This document shows, one piece after another, positions 1-11,987 of a DNA stretch of 64,000 nt; position 1 is the stretch's first letter, and every line of letters begins with the position of its first letter. A model generated the notes under the pieces. It saw only the letters and a program-made list of their open reading frames with translations, had not been told where the DNA came from and searched no databases. Origin of the DNA: Phoronis australis (lineage: Eukaryota > Animalia > Phoronida); the NCBI GenBank assembly GCA_002633005.1, contig NMRA01000110.1, positions 872,731-936,730 on the forward strand. Direction: 5' to 3'. A program made the position numbers and the translations under genes.

Positions 1-1559
1 CAGCGTTCTCAATAACAATGTAAGTTTCTCATTAACACTGTTTTGTAAATTCATAACCTTTGTTGATTGCTGCAATTTTTACATTGTGCCAAAGTTTATT
101 GGAAAGTTGCTGAGGTTAAGAGATTCGATAAAACAGTGTCAATGGCATACTGGTCTTGGGTGATGTAACCAGAGTGACGAAATGGACTGATACCAGGGAT
201 TTCTCCCAGGGGGCTCTTTCGGAAACATCCCTTCCACAAAGAACCCATTGAGGGGTGATTCGAAAAAAAGTGTTGGGGCTCTTTCGGAAACTTCTACCGT
301 GAAATATCGTTGCAACGAGGTCTACAACGTTTACTCGCTTATAACGCTTCATTTCACAAGTCCCAAGTCAAAAGTTCCACATACAAATCCTTTCGTTTTG
401 TGTGAACGTTTTGGCAGGTCCCAAAAAAATTCGTTGTAACGAAGTTTAACTACATGTCTGTCGCAGCGCCTTTATTCACCAATGGACATGTTGCAAGAGG
501 AAAGCTTTACTTTGGTGATTTTTGCTTGAAAAGATGAAAAAAGTGTTAACATCTTGATCCAATTTCCACGTGCACCTCAGTGTCGGATTTAGGGGGGCAA
601 GGGGGCCATGCCCCACAAAAATTGTACCAGATACCATTTGGCATCCGGTTCGAAATGCTGACAAGGATTTGAGCGCGACCAAGGGCTCTCAGGGGGTGAG
701 TAAACAATGCATAGGCCCTGAACAAACCCCGGTTACCGTTTTTTTAGTCGAAAGGTCCGCAAACCCAAACATTCGAGATCCCTGCATCCCTACATTTTAG
801 GCAGGGCCCGCGCATCTTCCAGAGTTCTGGTTATTCCTGTGCCCTGCCCCCCCCCCCCCCCCCAACTCAAAATCCTCGATCCGCCTCGGCACCAGCAATG
901 CAATTAACGAAACCGAAAGAAGCCCCTTGGGGACTTCGACGGTCCTTTTTTTCAAAATAACCACATTGGAGCATTGATAGGAGAGGCTCTTTCGGAAATC
1001 CCCGGAACGAGGGCGATAATTCCACAAAAACCACGAGGGCACTAGATAATGGGGATAACGACTGAGAACATGTAATAATCTATTTTTACCACACACTGAA
1101 AGATAAACATCGCAGTGAATAGACCTACAGTATACCTTTCTAGAATTGACTCGGTTGACTACTTCCTATGCCCTAGTTATTCTTGCTAAAATAATGTTTT
1201 TACTCAAAACCTCTTGAAAAATGAAATCAAATAAAAATAAAGGGAAGATGTAAAATAATTTTTCAACAGCTAATCTAGTTGGCTACAAATCTTATCAAGG
1301 TAGGCTTCTACCGTGAAAATATCATCCGTTAAAATACGTCACTGGTTACTGAGTATAATGCCGAAGTCAAACGATCCCGACGACATGTTAGGCGTATTTA
1401 AATTGGCGATCGATGAGTTAGAAGTGGGAGAAAATGAGAGATAAATTCCACCGGGTTAGGGACGTCGTTTTAATTGAAAATGTGCTTCTTATTTTTCACA
1501 ACGTATAAGTGTCGATACAGTGCCGTTTGTTGAACAAGCGATTATTGAGCCTCCTCATA

Positions 1560-1710
1560 TAAGTATTCAATATTATTTTTGTTACAGTTTTGCCGCTGAC
1601 CATCCCTTGCACCACGTGGTCACAAGCATGTACTGTGACATTCTCTAAAGAGTATGTTCTTGAGAATGCCACATACAATTGACCACGTACAGCTAGTGCC
1701 TTAACCATAT
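1560..1710 (-). pseudogene. Helitron/PIF1-type helicase C-terminal fragment
   Basis: ORF 1496..1753 contains RGQLYVAFSRTYSLENV, which matches the PIF1/Helitron helicase motif HGQLYVALSR. No other helicase motifs are seen. Confidence 0.55.
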
Positions 1711-2116
1711 TCGTTATTTCAACATTCACCCGCAATGTCAACTGAATTTGCAATGCGTTACTTAATTATCACTATTTCTTATTTTTTAAAGTACTTTCCT
1801 GTCCCTTGAGTCAAACTAGGTTAACGGTTCATTGTGATACACACCACGCGCCGGAGACTAGACTGATATCGAGAAACCAACTCCGAACTGGACAATACAT
1901 GTCTAAATCGGGTCGGTGAAAATCGAAACTGTGAAACACCAAAACACTCTCGAATTTAATGGAATTGGGTGAGGATTTATCTTTTTTCACCTCTTGCTGT
2001 GTTTGTGACCACAAAATCACAGACTGTCGCGGAGACTTGTTCTAAACGGTGGTATGCATGCAGATGCGCAACTCCTTTAATATCAAAATTGGCATTGTTT
2101 TCATTTTCTAGAGCAG

Positions 2117-2967
2117 TTCTAAAACCCCTTCAACCCCCTCGTATCCCACACCCCTCGACTCCCCCACCCACGGACACCCTCGACCCACAACCAGTCAACC
2201 TCACGACCCCCTCGACACACAACGTGTAGAGGTGTTATTGCGCAATCTTATTACATGTACACGTACTTCAATGAGTGACTTTGCCATAAGACATACCTAC
2301 ACGCGAGTATGCTCTGGCTCAAATATGTTGATTAAAAACAGAATTGGAATGAGAACGTGATCTAAAATAGCGTATTGTTGTTACTGAAATACATGTAGTT
2401 CCACGAGCTGCAGCTACCAATGGCCCTGTTCTGCTAAACTTTAGGGAGACAGTACGTTAACGTGATTGTACTAAACTTCACATTTTTCTTATGTGGTTTC
2501 TGTTTTCTACTCGTTTACAATATACTCCGTATATCGTTGAAATATTTTTAGTAAACCGTTTGTTTTTTTCAAACTGCATTTACTGGTGAAATTACATTCT
2601 TTTCGGCTGCACGCACTCATCACAGAAAGATTTTATCTGTCATTGACTGAAGAGCAGACGAGGCGATTACGCTCTGCCGGAAACGACATTTGTAACGTTT
2701 GTAGGTCTTTGATTTGGTCGCTTTGTTTTTTATTTCCGTTTTTGGATTTCAGACTTGCCGAATAAACTCTCTCAATTGCAAAAATCAAGGAAAAGCCAAC
2801 CGATCTCAAGGCCCAACTGATTGGTCCTGCACGTCAGCCCTTGCACTATTTTCAGATTGAGTCGCGAGCTTGTGTCGATTTGGTCGAGGGGTTGTGGGCT
2901 GAGAAGGTCGTAGGTTGAGGGGGTGAAGAGATGTGGGGGTGCATAGGGGGTGTAAGCGATTTTAGAA
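2117..2967. mobile_element. Non-autonomous TIR element (MITE-like), same family as 30449-31363
   Basis: Ends are ttctaaaa...ttttagaa, with C-rich left and G-rich right subterminal arms. Internal blocks (ccctgttctgctaaact, acgaggcgattacgctctgccggaaacgac, ggtcctgcacgtcagc) recur with substitutions at 30.7-31.2 kb. Confidence 0.6.
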
Positions 2968-3744
2968 GTATCCCGTTTACACGGTATCTTTCTATGCTAC
3001 AGTAGGTATACCTCTTTGTCAATATGTTTGGGCGACGCACTGAATGAAAGAACAGTAGGTACATACATGTACATGTACGGTACTGCTTTGAGTGACAGCT
3101 CTTTAATCTTTGAACTTCGATAAGTAATAAGCAAATGTACACGCGTTTTTCTACCCTAAACAGGCAAGATGCCGTTTTTAAGCTTTGAAACTAGATATGA
3201 AGATAAAATGTTAATTCAGACAGGTATTAAATATTTGAAAAACTTTAAAAAATTGCAAGTAAGGAACGGCATACAGTGTTTCCTGAAGGCATGCAAATTT
3301 CACAGTGTCATACCAAACGAGATAAACGTGAAAATTTCTGATTTGCAGAAATAGTTATCATTTGGATTATGGAGTGTGAATTCTTCTTGAATCCTTCATG
3401 CACAGAGCTTCTTAATTTTCACTAACACATTCTAGTTTCAAGAGAAACGTTTTCAGTAGTACTCAGTTGCTTTGGTAACATTAATGCAAGTTCAATTTCA
3501 GTATTTCTGTGAAAAAATGTGTTTCGGTTCTTTTTATATTGCCGACGTTTTTTAAGTACATTCAGAGCTGTTTATTGTGCTAAAGGTTGTTAAGGTCATT
3601 TTGGCATATTTGCAATAATTAATGAAAACCTTTATTGTGGTGTAATGCTTCGTGTTGCGGCCGACAGATGGCGCTGGCGTGGCAGTAATTAAAACAACAC
3701 ACGAATACCTCAACCAATAAAATCCGTCTATTAATTTGCAGCGT

Positions 3745-4615
3745 TGTGATTTACAAATAATAGTTTACAATAAGATGCGAGACTGACGACTAACTGAATG
3801 AGACGAGATATCACTGCTAGAGAAAGTACTAAACAACAATGTCACTAGTTACCAGTAGCAACCGCACATGCAAACACATTACAAGTCGCAACAGAACTAA
3901 CCCTCTAGAACAATCGCTAGACTGGTTCGAATTGACTAACAGGCTGAGACCAACACCTGTGTTAAATGTCTATACCTCGATTATATACTTTAGACTTGAT
4001 TCGTGGGTTTTCCGTCCGGTCCTGGTTCTCGTCCCTGTCGTGGCTTTGCAGTTTTCGAAGACTCAAGTTGGCCTGTTCGGTGCGGTTTGATCGGTCTGCT
4101 TCTGTTAGTGCCTTAAGTAGCACCTTTGGAACCATCACGTGATGGTCCCATCTCTTTTAGTACATCTCTCTTATGACCAGCTAATTAACTGTCCTATAGA
4201 AAATTCTTGCATAACTGCCACCTCTCTCAGATTTGCTACACCAGGGTTGTGCCTATCCTCTGAGGGATCTCTATTTAACTGTCACTCTAGCGACGTGGAA
4301 TCTCAGTTGGCGATTAACTATCTCATAGAAAATTCTTGCATAACTGTCACTCCTCTCAGATTTGCTACACCAGGGGTGTGCCTATCCTCTGAGGGATCGC
4401 TATTTAACTGTCACTCTAGAGATGTGGAAGCTCAGTTGGCGACCAACCATCCTATAGAAAATTCTTGCATAACTGCCACCCCTCTCGGACTTGCTGCCCC
4501 AGGCGCGTGCCCATCCTCTGAGTAATCTCAACTATTACATAAGTATGCATATCCCCTGGGAATATTTTAAGACATGCGTGCATGCACGTGGAAAGCAGTG
4601 CCTCATTATATCACA
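3745..4615 (-). repeat. 3' LTR (~870 bp)
   Basis: TGTGAT...ATCACA inverted termini. Right part (4297-4615) matches 13461-13783. PPT is adjacent. The left boundary is inferred from the inverted terminus only. Confidence 0.8.
4185..4523. repeat. 129-bp tandem repeat (~2.6 copies) within the LTR (probable U3)
   Basis: atagaaaattcttgcataactg occurs at 4196, 4325 and 4454 (period 129). Confidence 0.9.
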
Positions 4616-4628
4616 CTCCCCCCTTTTT
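4616..4628 (-). promoter_or_regulatory. Polypurine tract
   Basis: Minus strand AAAAAGGGGGGAG lies immediately before the LTR start TGTGAT. Confidence 0.85.
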
Positions 4629-5098
4629 AAGCCAAAAAATTTACCTAATAAATTTTTGGGGAGTCGTAGATTTCTCGACAATATAAAGTGTCACCCAAGT
4701 GATCGCCATACAACTGTAAGAGATACGAACAAAATGAATGAAAAAACAAAGGAAGTCGTCAGCCTCCAGATGATCGTTAAACAGGTTAACAAACAGCATC
4801 TCAGAACGAAATTACAACCACACTAAACCATCCCAACAATTAATATAATAGGAACGCACACGTATGCTTATGCCATCAAACTGAACTTGTATCAACCCCT
4901 TATTACATAATTAAATATACCCTATACAATTGTATCTATTAAAATTATAATCAGGTTATAATAAATATGCTACAATTCCCCTCAACCAAATCTACGAAAT
5001 TATTTCATATCATAACTGATTAACTAAACGTAAAGGTGCCACCCCAAACTAAGCTAACTAAGAATATATCGCGTTACACCTACATATTATTTAATTAT

Positions 5099-5491
5099 TC
5101 ATAACCGTTGCGGATGAGTCTGCGGCGTTTGGAAAAAGTCTGACGCCAACAGGCTCTCCGGTACGTCCGCCACCACCACAGGCATATGCTTGGTTCTCAC
5201 TTGTATTTCTATTTCAAGCGAGAAAATGTCAACCACATCTGCCACACATTCCCTTCGGTCGTAACGGACCTGGGCGTATTGGGCGTCGCTTTCTTTTGTG
5301 CCACCCCACGACTGTCTGTCACACGATAGTCCTTTTGGAGTCTGGTTGCCCCCGTATTGCAAGCTTGCAAAATCTGCAAGTGACAACACGGTGGCGTCCG
5401 CCGTAGGGTCGACGCGGAAGACGATCCACTGCCCTTCCACTGATGCATCTAACCGGACAGCGGGTAACGTTTTGTACATCGGTTCGGCCAT
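5099..5491 (-). CDS. Accessory ORF of unknown function between env and the 3' LTR (130 aa from ATG 5491; frame open from 5572)
   Basis: Uninterrupted ORF MAEPMYKTLPAVRLDASVEGQWIVFRVDP..., on the same strand as the element and internal to it. Confidence 0.5.
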   Translation of the reverse strand: MAEPMYKTLPAVRLDASVEGQWIVFRVDPTADATVLSLADFASLQYGGNQTPKGLSCDRQSWGGTKESDAQYAQVRYDRRECVADVVDIFSLEIEIQVRTKHMPVVVADVPESLLASDFFQTPQTHPQRL

Positions 5492-5775
5492 TTTTTTTCC
5501 TGCAATAGTTTCATAAGTTCCTTTAGATATCGAAATAATTGTCAATGTTAATAACCACCACCTTTCCGCCAACCACCCAATAAACTGTAGTCTACGCTAG
5601 TGCAAGGGTTGGTAGGATTACCAGTAATTGTCCGAAGTCACACGGAAGTTTCTTCCTGGCCGTCTTCGGTTGCCAGATCCAAGTCAGGATACATGCGTCT
5701 GATGAGTCGCTTCATCTCGATTGGCTTGTTATTCAGCTGAGTCGATACGGTCAGGTAGTCGTCAGCACTGGGTTT

Positions 5776-7656
5776 CTACCCAGCCGGTGACATCTGTCGG
5801 GCAACGTTCGATGCGCTCGTGAGTGCGAACGCTGGCGGTGCACTGGCAATTGGGCGGTTACCATCGGTTAGCACAGGCTGATACTGTTCGAGTATGGCAC
5901 GTGCAATTTGTCTACGTTTCAAGAAAGCAATTAACCCCAAAATTAATAGCGATGCTGCTATTCCTAGAGCGACATATAACCAAAATTCATTATGGTGGTC
6001 CAAGGTTTTGGAATTTCCAAGTTCCGTAAATCAGTGACTAGACCGTCCAGGGGAATTTCGGGTAAGTGAGTGAGACGTGGCGGTATTTTTACTTCCACAT
6101 GTTTAGGAAAGGCTGCAATATAAGGAGACCACATCGTGAAGGATCCTTTCCAAATTCTCAAAACTCGAGCGAAGCTATCAGGACGCTCGTATCTAGATTC
6201 CCTGTGAACAGTTCCCAGGAGGGTCATAGTTGGGTGTGTGGCCTGGCATCCGTAATCGACGTGTATCATATTTACCCCAAAGTCCACCGTAACTGATTTA
6301 GTGTTAGTGCGACTGTGGTTGCACAGGAGGGCAAATCTTGTAATCTCGTTACTAACTACAGCGTACCAGCCAGATCTCAGATATATGGCCTGTGGTAAGG
6401 CTGTATTTGTTTTAATAAAAACACGACAGAGCCTTTTGATAGCATTGTCAAACTTCATGAACAGAGCCACCACACAATCTTTGCTCAGATTAACAGGCCG
6501 TAACGGTTGTCGGGTTTCACAAAAACTAAGCGACGAGCACGCCTTCATGCTGGCATAATCTAGTAAGGCATAGGACGTTCGTTCTGGGTTTATGGCTAAC
6601 GCCGTGGCCTCAAATGAATACTTTGCCAAAATGTGAGGGCGGTTGGAATTAGGGAAGGGAGCCGGTAAATTATGAATTTGAAATAATTCCGTACGTGCGT
6701 AAGTGTCAATTAATGAAATCCGAAACGTGACCAAGATTCGTCCATTTTCCCATGCAGTATGACACGGGAGAGACTTATAATATTGGAACAACTCCGTGTC
6801 AGGATCAAAAGGTAATTTTAAATGGCGTGGAATATTTATTCGTATGTCCTTTAATATATTGCGTAATGCTTCCGGCTGAACCACCGCTGGAGTAACTTGT
6901 CCCAGAGACACTATTCCTATTTGACTTTCAATGTAAGCTAAATAGCCTAAGGCTTTTTGCGCTGCCAATTCCAAATGGTTTAAAATGAGTTCTAAGTGTA
7001 TGTAACTCTGGGTGAAGACCGACAACTCCTGTATTTCATCATGTAGCATATCAGTCACGTTATTAAGACGTTGTTCTATTTCATAAGTTGAAAGAATCAA
7101 GTCATTCAAGGTCTCTCGATTTCTATTTACTTCGGTTCTAGTGGCTTTCATTACGGTTACCTTTTTACTGCGTTAGTGACAATCCTCTTTTGGTTCCTCA
7201 CTATCATATCGATCGTTTCCCTAATAGCTTTAATATCATCATCAGTGGCTGTGCCAAATAGCCAATGACTGATTTTCCCCATGAAAGCCAGAAGACTCCG
7301 TTTGCTTCTGTTACCTCGAAATTGGGCCAAAGTGTTATAGCCAGTCAACAACTCGTCTACGGCCTCTTTCGTGAATCTGATATCATCAATTTGTTTTCGC
7401 AATCTGGAAAAATATCCCAAGAAATTCACATCTTTGGGGTCAGCGTACTTTTTCTTTACTTGAGTATGCGTATAGTAAGCACGTTCTATGTCCCGTGAAA
7501 ACTAGGAGATGAACTCAGAGAATTCGCTGAGGTCAATAAAACTCGTCACCCACCAGTGTCCCCACGAACTATGAAATAAATCAATTTTCTCAAAAACTAC
7601 CCATTTTTGACAACGACGCATTGCACGATACCAGCCAACAACAGCAAACCTGTCAT
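5776..7656 (-). pseudogene. env: Envelope glycoprotein, baculovirus F / errantivirus Env-like, frameshifted
   Basis: Signal-like MTGLLLLAGIVQCVV (ATG 7656). Furin site plus fusion peptide RSKR|SLLAFMGKISHWLFGTATDDD, heptad region, Cys-rich ectodomain (5964..7151), and TM FWLYVALGIAASLLILGLIAFLKRR (5776..6003). Split across frames. Confidence 0.88.
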
Positions 7657-7890
7657 TCGTTGCATTGTCTCTCTGAAACAACAATAATCACTGAGTTTAC
7701 TTAACTCACTCCTCATACTACTTAAAGTACTTGCCATGCCGAGAACTGACTCGGATATACTTAGATCAGATACGTTACGTATGAGTGCCCATGGTTATAT
7801 CGTTTTCGGGAAACAGTCCCGTCCTTGATATTCAAATATAAGTATTCTATTAAAGTAGATGGTTCTGCTGAAATCTGAAACCTTAATTAC

Positions 7891-9420
7891 TTATCGACCA
7901 TTCTTAAATGTTTCCAACATCATGCGACACAAGTCTAAATAAGCCGCGGAGGAATTTTGGGTCGTTTTTCTACACCTTCGGCTTCTCCTTTTGTCCAATC
8001 GCGCGAGGACGTTTCCCCGTGCTCCCATGGCAACGTCCATATCTGTCCCATCCGACGGCATAGACTGTTCGTCGTTTGGTGCGGAGGGGTCCGTCATCGG
8101 ATCCGACTCGGCTTTGGACTCGGGTCCCTCGCTTTCAGATGATGGGGTCCCTGGATCCTCCAACTGTGGCGCTGGCTTCGTCTGAGCCAACGTCTTCACT
8201 TTCCCCCTCTGTTGGAGCCTTCTTTGAAGTTCCGCTAAGGGTACGTCAGAGTCATCGGAAGATGAATCCCCCTTCATTTGGCGGAAATGATCCTGCAGAC
8301 CTTGCTGTGGTTCGTCGTCAGACACATCGCTTTCTTCACTAGAACTGGGAGGGACGGTGTAGCGTGCTCTCCTCATTTGTGGATAATCGTCGTCATTCCC
8401 CTTCCAGTCGTCGATTTGTGCCCACCTCAAGTTGTCAATGTGTGACTTGGTGACTGTCCCATCTAACTGATTCCGGATGACATATGTTTTTTCAGACAGT
8501 CGTTCTAGGACGCGCCAATAACCTGTCCACTTAGGCTCCAGTTTGCTGGTTTTAGAATTATTTTTAAGGTATACGGGATCGCCAACTTCTAATTCAACCA
8601 AAACTCTACCCTTATTCGCGGTAGCTAATCTATTGTTCTGATGGTGTTTTATCACTCGATAAACTGTCCCAAAAACTCTATGTTGGTTTTGTAGGATAAC
8701 CTTATGTTCTTCCTCGCCCACGTACTTAGCACGTGGCCGCATTATGTTATGTACAGGAAGTTTAGGGTCTCTACCGAACATAAGAAAATAACTGCTATAC
8801 ACAGTATAATTGGTATGAAAATTTAAGCATGACTCTGCTTGACTGAGATAGACATCCCATTGTTCCGTGTTTTCACGGCATAATTTACTCAAAACGTCAC
8901 CAAGTACTTTGTGTGATCGTTCGACTCGGCCATTTGCTTTTGGATTGTAAAAACTTGTGGTAACATGCCGAATGTTAAATGATTCCAAAACATCTTTTAC
9001 TGTTTTGTTTACAAATTCAGAGCCGTTGTCTGAGACCAAAATGTTCATTATACCGAATCTACAAAATGTATCAGTGGTCAGGATTCGTGCGATTGTGGCG
9101 ACACTCTTATCCGGCATCGGATACAACAAAGTATAATTTGAAAACCAGTCAGTCAGAGTCAAAATATATCGGTTACCACTGGGTGATGGTTTCATAGGAC
9201 CGACACAATCTATTGCTACTTGTTGCCAGGGGCCGTTCACAACATTAGACGCCCCTAGCGGAGATTTAACTGCTTTTAGATTTCGTTCCCGACATGTAAC
9301 GCATTCTGAAACACACTTCTCAATGTCTTTAAACATTCTAGGCCAGAAATAACCGTTCCTAGACGACTGATATGTTCGATCTATCCCTGCATGTCCTAGT
9401 TGATCGTGATATTGTTTGTT
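7891..9420 (-). CDS. pol: Integrase domain of pol (HHCC, DDE core, GPY/F-like, acidic C-terminal extension)
   Basis: HDQLGHAG at ~9410, then CVTC, VAIDCVGP, LVSDNGSEF, NGRVERSH and PKWTGYWRV. Confidence 0.92.
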   Translation of the reverse strand, partial: NKQYHDQLGHAGIDRTYQSSRNGYFWPRMFKDIEKCVSECVTCRERNLKAVKSPLGASNVVNGPWQQVAIDCVGPMKPSPSGNRYILTLTDWFSNYTLLYPMPDKSVATIARILTTDTFCRFGIMNILVSDNGSEFVNKTVKDVLESFNIRHVTTSFYNPKANGRVERSHKVLGDVLSKLCRENTEQWDVYLSQAESCLNFHTNYTVYSSYFLMFGRDPKLPVHNIMRPRAKYVGEEEHKVILQNQHRVFGTVYRVIKHHQNNRLATANKGRVLVELEVGDPVYLKNNSKTSKLEPKWTGYWRVLERLSEKTYVIRNQLDGTVTKSHIDNLRWAQIDDWKGNDDDYPQMRRARYTVPPSSSEESDVSDDEPQQGLQDHFRQMKGDSSSDDSDVPLAELQRRLQQRGKVKTLAQTKPAPQLEDPGTPSSESEGPESKAESDPMTDPSAPNDEQSMPSDGTDMDVAMGARGNVLARLDKRRSRRCRKTTQNSSAAYLDLCRMMLETFKNGR

Positions 9421-9789
9421 GACTAGCGACTGTAAATGTTCAGGTACGTACAGACGAACCTTGATGTCGCCGTGATCGTCGGAAACATAATATAGGACAT
9501 TTTCTTTGAGTAAATACTTATTTCCAATTTTTTGCTAGGCTTAGGAGACGACAGTTCATCGATTATTGCCCTGCACTTTTGATCTTTCTTTTGTTCCTCT
9601 TGCATATTCATTTCTAACTTAGGCATTTGCAATTCAGAGGTAAAATTAGGTATTGGAGGACTCTCCATTTCATGAGATTTAGGATCAATTCTGCTGTTAT
9701 CTACTACATTAACTTGTGCTATCGGAGCCTGAACCTCAAAAGTCCTATCGTCTATATCGAGAGTTTCCTCGTCAATCGCATTATCGTCG

Positions 9790-11096
9790 TTGGAGGGCGC
9801 TCTGCTCAGCAAATCAGCTATCGTGTTATCCTTGCCCGGAATATGTTTAATTTCAACATCATAAGCCGAGATAAGTACCGACCATTGCGCCACTTTCTTA
9901 TTTTGTATGTCGCTTTTAAGCAAATAAATGGGGGGCATATGGTCCGTGAAAAGCGTGATTTTGGAATTGTACTGTAAATGTAGTGTTCGAATTTCTTAAG
10001 GGCCATCAATACTGCGAAACATTCTTTTTCAATGGTTGCCCAACGCTTTTGCGTGTCAGTAAGTTTTTGCGACATAAAGTAGATAGGATTTTCAACATCT
10101 TCATCTTGACACTTTTGTACCAAACAGGCCCCAATTGCAAAATCACTCGCATCGGTGTATATGATATAACTCAATTTGTGATCAGGATAATTTAGCATCG
10201 GAACGGCGGAAAGGTGTTCTTTGATAAATTTGAAAGCGTCTTCGCATTCAGGGGTCCATTTAAATCTGGCATACTTCTTGGTCAGTTCAGTCAATGGAGT
10301 CATAATGCCCGCCAAGTTAGGAATAAACCTTCGATAGTATGACAGGATTCCTTGTAGTGCCCTTACTTCTTTTACCGTGGCTGGTCGTTTCATTGATCTA
10401 ATTGTCGAAATTTTGGCTGGGTCAGGGCGGATCCCTTCTCTATCTACTATGAAGCCCAGATAGTTCGTTTGAGGCTTAAGAAATTGGAATTTAGACAATT
10501 TCAACTTCAAATTATGTTCCCTGAGGCGTTGGAAAACGATTTTCAGATGTTCAACGTGTTCAGTGACACGTTTACCGTAACTAATGCAGTCATCGATATA
10601 GGCCCGAGCAAAAGGGAGTCCTTCTAAAACGATTGACATGAGTTCCTGGAAAAAACTGGGACTATTGCAAAGTCCGAATGGCATAACTTGAAATTGGTAA
10701 AGATTGTGACCAGTTGAAAATCCCGGAGAGAAAGCGGTATTTTCTTTGTCATGACGGTGCATTTGAATCTGCCAGAAACCACTACGTAAGTCCAATGAAC
10801 TATAGATCGTTCAATATGTCATCAATTTTCGGTAGAAAAAACGAACAACCTTTAGTTACACTGTTTAGTTTCCTATAATCTACACAAAACCTTACGCTAC
10901 CATCCTTTTTGGTTACTAATACTATAGGTGAGCAAAAGTTGGATCTAGAGGGTTCTATGACCTTCGCTGTAAGCATTTTATCCACCGCTTCTTTAGCTAT
11001 TTGTTGTTCTGCTATTGGAAGCCGATAAGGACTCTGCTTGACAACTGTGCCGTCCGGCACGTCTATGCGCATTTGTACCGTACTCGTTTTCCCCAA
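9790..11096 (-). pseudogene. pol: Reverse transcriptase + RNase H of pol, disrupted
   Basis: KKDGSVRFCVDYRKLN, DLRSGFWQI, MPFGLCN, YIDD, YTDASDFAIGA, ATIEKECFA and HIPGKDNTIADLLSR, spread over ORFs 10800..11096, 9818..10795 and 9423..9938. Confidence 0.95.
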
Positions 11097-11129
11097 ATAG
11101 AGATCGGTTGCTGCGAAAACATCGCTATT

Positions 11130-11978
11130 CTACTTTAATAATGTTTTCACTAAGCTAACATACTCATCAGGTGTATCAATCTCGGATAAATCCAACGTTT
11201 GTTTACTAGCCGACTGGGTTGTTGTTGATTTATCTAACACATTCACAATGTTTGCATTACTTAGTTCTTCAACCTGTCCTACAGCAACTCCTCGTTTTAT
11301 CTTGATATAAAGGCCAGAATTATTGATTTTTTCCACCGGAAATTTCCCGGCCTTGCCTGGCTTTATTACTGCGTTTGAAACCGATAAGCCAGGTTCTGCA
11401 TTTAGGAATCCGGTTGTTAAAGGTGACACCTGGAATATTTGTTGTCTTTTGCCACCCCTGGCGGCGCAACTTCTGGCGCGACATACAACCTTGGAATAAG
11501 GTCTAACTATCATTTCTTTGATTATTCTATCATAAGACTTAACCAGCGAATCTTGAATTAAGGGTGTGTAAAGTTCTTTTATTCGTAACATTCTGAGATC
11601 AAAGTAGACACGACAATTATTTTTATGAAGAAAGTCTTTTCCAATTATCATTCTTCGATTTACATCTCGAATCACCACGAATTCATGTTTGAGAATATTG
11701 TTTCCGATTTTTAGGCTTAACAGGACACAAGCAAGGACATTCAAACGTTGATTATTCGCTGTCTGAACTACAGGTTTTCGATTAACTATTTCTACCAAGT
11801 CTTTTCGTTTAAGCTCTTCAAATGTAACTTCCGAAATAACGGATATTGCAGCACCCGAGTCAATTAACGCTCTGACTCGCGTCTGTCCCACCTGTACTTG
11901 AATACTATCCTCGCTTCCCAAAAAACATAAAGTTACGACATCATCCTGACCCGCGGAAGCTCTCGAGTCAGTGCACAT
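11130..11978 (-). CDS. pol: Aspartic protease region of pol
   Basis: ALIDSGAAISVI and IIGKDFL motifs. An in-frame stop at 11130 separates it from RT. Confidence 0.9.
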   Translation of the reverse strand: MCTDSRASAGQDDVVTLCFLGSEDSIQVQVGQTRVRALIDSGAAISVISEVTFEELKRKDLVEIVNRKPVVQTANNQRLNVLACVLLSLKIGNNILKHEFVVIRDVNRRMIIGKDFLHKNNCRVYFDLRMLRIKELYTPLIQDSLVKSYDRIIKEMIVRPYSKVVCRARSCAARGGKRQQIFQVSPLTTGFLNAEPGLSVSNAVIKPGKAGKFPVEKINNSGLYIKIKRGVAVGQVEELSNANIVNVLDKSTTTQSASKQTLDLSEIDTPDEYVSLVKTLLK

Positions 11979-11987
11979 TAGTTTCCC
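11913..11987 (-). promoter_or_regulatory. Predicted -1 ribosomal frameshift signal at the gag-pol junction
   Basis: Slippery G GGA AAC directly before the gag TAA. 9 nt later is the stem CUGACUCG/CGGGUCAG, whose loop GCUUCC can pair with a downstream GGAAGC. pol lies in the -1 frame. Confidence 0.75.

Noticed and set aside
578-900. GC-rich cagtg.cggattta...ggggg motifs (also ~33990, ~49030-49070, ~62960)
   Set aside because: They look like ends of common short MITEs, but paired boundaries and TSDs could not be established.
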